Shown here: positions 54,401 through 64,000 of the stretch, in pieces
Numbering within the stretch: position 1 is the first letter of the stretch
Layout: every line of letters begins with the position of its first letter
Origin: the human T2T-CHM13v2.0 reference genome, Homo sapiens
Length of the DNA: 64,000 nucleotides
Direction: 5' to 3' (one strand)
NCBI RefSeq assembly: GCF_009914755.1
Contig: NC_060937.1
Translations under genes and position numbers: made by a program
Notes under the pieces: model-generated
Seen by the model: only the letters and a program-made list of their open reading frames with translations
What the model was told of the DNA's origin: nothing
The model's database searches: none

Positions 54401-55000
54401 GAGTACTAAATAGCCACACTGCAAAATTATTCTCAGCATTTTCTACTAAAGCAAACCAAACATCTATGCCAGGGTTCAGCCAACTGCTGCCCATGGGCTA
54501 AATCCAGGCCACCACCTGCTTTGGTCAACAAAATTGTATTACACAGGCACGCCCATTTGTTTGCATATTGTCTATGGCAGAGTTGACTCATTACAATGGA
54601 GAACGTATGGCTTGCACAGTCTACATATTTCCTATCTGCCTTTTACAGAAAAAGTTTGCTGACCTCGGGTCTACACTATGTCTCAGTAATTCCTCTCCTG
54701 AGTGCACAGTTCCACAAAATGAAATGTTCAAAAGAGTTCATATTTGCTTTATTATAACAGCCCCAAATTGAAAAAAAATTTCTACCAAGAAGAGATGGAT
54801 AAATTATTATATATCCGTACAGTGATGGATAATTACTTCACAGCAATTAAAAGGAGAAAACTATTGGTAGACATTACAATGTTAATGATTCTCACAGGTA
54901 TATTGAACAAAAGGAGGCAGACACGAAAGAAAGCATAGATTCTTTTTATAGGAAATTCAAGAATAGGTAGAAATAGTTGATAGAAGTTGAAAAAATAGGA
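51445..55000 (+). mobile_element. Ancient L1M ORF2/3' remnants with nested MER20 (~53038-53236), Alu monomer (~53322-53455), MLT1 LTR (~53585-54133) and MER58 (~54470-54665)
   Basis: Decayed RT peptide (THDQMGLFQGCK...VIHHINRIKEKN). MER20-like TGCTACTGGCATCT, MLT1 TGTGGCAGAC...ATAATACA, and MER58-like TTTACAGAAAAAGTTTGCTGACC. Confidence 0.65.
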
Positions 55001-55795
55001 ATTCCTGGTGGTGGGGTAAAGAAAAAAAGCTGCCTAAGGGGCGTTCACTGTCAACTCTTAGTGGAGCCTTTGCTGGCAGTGGATAGCAAAAAACTACAAT
55101 TCTCCAAAAGGATTTGGTGTGTTGGCTACTTCATATGGCTAAATATACATTTATGTGTTCTGGATGCTAGAAGAGGCAGGGATAGGATTGCCATTCTATT
55201 GTGAAAGTTCAGAAATCTTATTCAGTATTCTTATGTAATTGGGAGACAACACCACCTGTGGAAGAACATGAGGGGTGGCAATTAGAATCAAATAACAGTA
55301 GGTGTTTTGGGGTCAGACTGAGCAGTTGCTGTGGCAGCACCTCACAGACTAGGGGATGTGAGGGCCAGAGCTGAGTGTCGACTTGGGCCCCCACATTTGC
55401 CCGAGTGCCCTCCAAGTCAGATGGGGTGAGGTGCCCTTGTGGCTGTGGGCAAGGTTGCTCTGAACTGCCCTGGCAGGACAGTGGAGGTTGAGGAGTTTCA
55501 GTTTTCTGAGGAAAAAAACACAGGTGAAAACATGATGTGAAGATGGAAATTGTCCATAAAAAAGCAAAGCCTGGTGGAAGTGGCACTTCAGGTTGGGTCC
55601 CAGTGGCATCATTCTTAATATTGGGATGTCGGGGGTTATGGGGTGAATCCATGCCCTGGCAGCCTTTCTGCATTTGGCAGGAGAGCTTCTTCTTGAAGCA
55701 ATGAATCAGGTGATGGGGGAGTGGCCATGGGAGGTTACCCCAAAGAGGTTGCAAGAGATTAAAGAAAGAGTAATTGATGAAGGTAAAGAAATGGA

Positions 55796-57281
55796 TGCTC
55801 ACTCCTATTCAACATAGCATTGGAAGTTCTAACCAGGGCAATCAGGCAAGAGAAAGAAATAAAGGTATTCAAATAGGAAGAGGGGAAATCAAACTGTCTT
55901 TTTTTGCAAATGACGTGATCCTATATCTAGAAAACCACATCATCTCAGCCCAAAAGCTTCTTACGCTGATAAGCAACTTCAGGAAAGTCTCAGGATACAA
56001 AATCAGTGTGCAAAATTCACAAACATTTCTATACACCAACAATAGACAAGCAGAGAGCCAAATCATAAATGAACTCCCATTCATAATTGCTACAAAGAGA
56101 ATAAAATTCCTAGAAATACAGCTAACAAGGGAAGTGAAGGACCTCTTCAAGGAGAACTACAAACCACTGCTCAAGGAAATCAGAGAGGACACAAACAAAT
56201 GGAAAAACATTCCATGCTCATGGATAGGAAGAATCAATATCATGAAAATGGCCATATTACCAAAAGTAATTTATTTAGATTCAGTGCTATTCCCATTACG
56301 ATTGACATTCTTCACAGAATTAGAAAAAACTACTTTAAAATTCACATGGAACCAAAACAAAGAGCCCATATGGCGAAAACAATCCTAAGCAAAAAGAACA
56401 AAGCTGGAGGCATCATGTTACCTGACTTCAAACTATATTACAAGGCTACAGTAACCAAAACAGCATGGTACTGTACAAAAACAGACACAGACCAATGAAA
56501 CAGAATAGAGAACTCAGAAATAAGATGGCACATGTACAACTATCTGATCTTTGACAAACCTGACAAAAACAAGCAATGGGGAAAGGATTCCCTACTTAAT
56601 AAATGGTGCTGGAGAACTGGCTAGCTGCATGCAGAAAATTGAAACTGGACTCCTTTTTTATGTGAAACTGGACCCCTTCCTTACACCACATACAAAACTT
56701 AACTCAAAATGGAGTAAAGACTTACATGTAAAACCCAAAACTATAAAAACCCTAGAAGAAAATCTAGGCAATACCATTCAGGACATAGGCATGGGCAAAG
56801 ATTTCATGATGAAAAAGTGAAAAGTGACTGCAACAGAAGCAAAAATTGACAGCTGAATCTAGTTAAACTAAAGAGCTTCTGAACAGCAAAAGTAACTATC
56901 ACCACAGTGAACAGACAACCTACAAAACGGGAGAAAATTTTTGCAATCTATCCATCTGACAAAGGTCTTATATCCAGAGTCTACAAGGAACTTAAATACA
57001 TTTACAAGAAAAAAAAAAACATTAAAAAGCGAGCAGAGGACATGAACAGACACTTCTCAAAAGAAGCTATACATGCGGCCAACAAACAGGGAAGGGAACA
57101 ACACACACAGGCCTGTCAGAGGTGGGTGGTTAAGGGAGGGAGAGCATCAGAAAAAAATAGCTAATGTATGTTGGGCTTAATACCTAGGTGATGGGTTGAT
57201 AGGTGTGGCAAACCACCATGGCACATCTTTACCTATGTAACAAACCTGCACCTCCTGCACATGTATCTTGGAACTTAAAAT
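55796..57281 (+). mobile_element. 5'-truncated older L1PA (about PA10-13) with an internal deletion near 57087
   Basis: ORF2 peptides ([16 protein letters not shown]...). Jumps from GCCAACAAACA directly into the 3' UTR GGGAAGGGAACAACACAC. Confidence 0.8.
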
Positions 57282-57714
57282 ATTTGGTAGAACTTAACAG
57301 TGTTGGGGGAAGAAGAAGTTGAAGCTGACAGAAATGTTCACACTCCCAGTCTTATCCTAAAAAAGATTTGAAGAGGGAATTCACTGAAGTCTTTTCAAAG
57401 GAAATTATTTGAATCTCTGTGATCCATGCTTCCATGGAGTTTGTGTTCTAGGAACCTTTCTCTGACCTTCTTTTTGAGAAGCCAAAGCCACCACCCAATG
57501 GAGACAGCCAAGTGAATCTGCTGCTGCAACCTCAGCAAAGAGGGATGCCTTCACAATGGTTTGGAGAGAATTGACTGCACATAAGAGATGGAACTCCAGA
57601 AACTAGTTTCCAAACTAAAACCATCAGATTTTAGAAGGCCATGAGCCAATAAACATGAAATATGGACTGAAAAGTTTTATAAAATGGGTGTGATAATAGC
57701 TCTGCCTGTGATTT

Positions 57715-59399
57715 TGTGTCCGGAATTGGTGGGTTCTTGGTCTCACTGACTTCAAGAATGAAGCCGCGGACCCTCGCAGTGAGTGTTACAGCTCTTAAGG
57801 TGGCGCGTCTGGAGTCTGTCCCTTCTGATGTTCAGATGTGTTCAGAGTTTCTTCCTTCTGGTGGGCTCATGGTCTCGCTGGCCTCAGGAGTGAAGCTGCA
57901 GATGTTCGTGGTGAGTGTTACAACTCATAAAAGCAGCGTGGACCCAAAGAGTGAGCAGTAGCAAGATTTATTGCAAAGAGCGAAAGAACAAAGCTTCCAC
58001 AGTGTGGAAGGGGACCCGAGCGGGTTGCCAATGCTGGCTCGGGCAGCCTGCTTTTATTCTCTTATCTGGCCCCACCCACATCCTGCTGATTGGTAGAGCC
58101 AAGTGGCCTGTTTTAACAGGGTGCTGATTGGTGCGTTTACAATCCCTGAGCTTGATACAAAGGTTCTCCACGTCCCCATCAGATTAGTTAGATACAGAGT
58201 TTCCACACAGGTTCTCCAAGGCCCCACCAGAGCAGCTAGATACAGAGTGTCGATTGGTGCACTCATAAACCTTGAGCTAAACACAGGGTGCTGATTGGTG
58301 TATTTACAATCCTTAAGCTAGACATAAAGGTTCTCCAAGGCCCCACCAGAGCAGCTAGATACAGAGTGTCAATTGGTGCACTCACAAACCTTGAGCTAAA
58401 CACAGGGTGCTGATTGGTGTGTTTACAAACCTTGAGCTAGATACAGAGTGCCGATTGGTATATTTACAATCCCTGAGCTAGACATAAAGGTTCTCCAAGG
58501 CCCCACCAGAGCAGCTAGATACAGAGTGTCGATTGATGCACTCACAAACCTTGAGCTAAACACAGGGTGCTGACTGGTGTATTTACAATCCCTGAGCTAG
58601 ATATAAAGACTCTCCACATCCTCACCAGAGTAGCTAGATACAGAGTGTCGATTGGTGCACTCACAAACCTTGAGCTAAACACAGGGTGCTGATTGGTGTA
58701 TTTACAATCCCTGAGCTAGATATAAAGACTCTCCACGTCCCCACCAGACTCAGGAGCCCAGCTGGCTTCACCTAGTGGATCCCACACTGGGGCTGCAGGT
58801 GGAGCTGCCTGCCAGTCCTGTGCCGTGCGCTCGCATTCCTCAGCCCTTGGGGTGGTCAATGGGACTGGGCACCGTGGAGCAGGGGGTGGTGCTCCTCGGG
58901 GAGGCTCGGGCCGCACAGGAGCCCATGGAGTGGGTGGGAGGCTCAGGCATGGCGGGCTGCAGGTCCCGAGCCCTGCCCCGCGGGAAGGCAGCTAAGGCCC
59001 GGCGAGAAATCTAGTGCAGCGCTGGTGGGCCAGCACTGCTGGGGGACTCAGTACACCCTCCGCAGCCACTGGCCCGGGTGCTAAGTCCCCCATTGCCCAG
59101 GGCCAGGAGGGCTGGCTCGCTGCTCCGAGTGCGGGGCCCGCCAAGCCCACGCCCACCCGGAACTCCAGCTGGCCCACAAGTGCCGCACGCAGCCCCAGTT
59201 CCTGCTCGTGCCTCTCCCTCCACACCTCCCTGCAAGCTGAGGGAGTGGGCTCCGGCCTTGGCCAGCCCAAAAAGGGGCTCCCACAGTGCAGTGGGGGGCT
59301 GAAGGGCTCCTCAAATGCCACCAAAGTGGGAGCCCAGGCAGGGGAGGTGCCAAGAGCAAGCAAGGGCTCTGAGGACTGCCAGCACGCTGTCACCTCTCA
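57715..59399 (-). mobile_element. Solo LTR12C (HERV9), 1685 bp, TSD ATTT
   Basis: Minus strand TGAGAGGTGACAGCGTGCTGGCAG...ACCAATTCCGGACACA. Tandem CCAAT/GATA repeats; ATTT at 57711-57714 and 59400-59403. Confidence 0.93.
58085..58745 (-). repeat. LTR12 U3 tandem repeat array (NF-Y CCAAT and GATA motifs)
   Basis: Repeated GCTAGATACAGAGTGTCGATTGGTGCACTCACAAACCTTGAGCTAAACACAGGGTGCTGATTGGTG units. Confidence 0.85.
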
Positions 59400-59569
59400 A
59401 TTTGGGCTGGGAATTTTATTCTGGGCAGTCCATTTTTTGAATTATACTTCTTGCCAAGGCTGCTTGTCTCAAAAAGAAAAGGAGTATAGGGAGCTTATTA
59501 AAGGAGTGTCAGATTATAGCCTTCACAATGGCAAGTAAGGAAGCTAGAGGGACTCTGGCCTAGTGAAAG

Positions 59570-59740
59570 TCTGTTTCCTCCTTTTCTTACTTTTCACCCA
59601 ATAAAACCCTGCTTTACTCACCCTTCAAACCATCTGTGAGCCTGAATTTTTACAGCCATGGGACAGACAAGGACCCTGTCTTTATCTAAACTAAGGGAAA
59701 GTCCTGCAACATTTGTGGCACACAACGTGGGGCTCGAGAA
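59570..59740 (+). mobile_element. ERV1 LTR 3' end (MER61-like) with a tRNA-Lys-like primer-binding site
   Basis: AATAAAACCCTGCTTTACTCACCC...GTCCTGCAACA, then TGGCACACAACGTGGGGC (59716-59733). Confidence 0.55.
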
Positions 59741-59759
59741 GTGTTAAAATTGATATTTT

Positions 59760-64000
<4,241 letters not shown>

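Noticed and set aside
55218-55802. 194-aa ORF and adjacent unique-looking sequence, a possible pseudogene
   Set aside because: I could not recognise any protein family on either strand; a translated search would be needed.
58085-58745. Regularly spaced repeats superficially resembling a CRISPR array
   Set aside because: No unique spacers; it is the known LTR12 U3 tandem array in eukaryotic DNA.
58716-59538. GC-rich overlapping ORFs and CpG-island-like region
   Set aside because: Explained by the LTR12C U3 region; not a host gene promoter or CDS.

Overview
This is primate, almost certainly human, genomic DNA holding the 3' half of B3GLCT (beta-1,3-glucosyltransferase, the Peters plus syndrome gene) on the + strand. 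Five coding exons are present (3655-3768, 5722-5821, 36592-36711, 42920-43064, 48670-48837; exons 11-15 by my recall of the gene model). They encode the DDD catalytic motif and the C-terminal REEL ER-retention signal, followed by a ~2.6 kb 3' UTR. The 30.8 kb intron between the second and third exons is a stack of nested retroelements: old L1 5' ends, a full-length antisense L1PA7-like element, an ERVL (MER21) provirus with two mismatched LTRs, an ANKRD26 processed pseudogene and a tandem THE1/MST MaLR array. Inside the provirus sit an LTR8, a further ERV1 LTR, a 36-bp collapsed THE1 remnant and a full-length L1HS-Ta (Ta-0). The L1HS is the standout element: 12-bp TSD, intact ORF1, ORF2 and ORF0, and sense orientation to the gene. 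Downstream of the gene are old L1s, a solo LTR12C and a 5'-complete L1PA4/5-like element. I found no wholly new biological system; the best leads are the potentially active L1 and locus-specific rearrangement or regulatory hypotheses. Repeat subfamily names and consensus comparisons come from recalled sequences, not from an alignment run.
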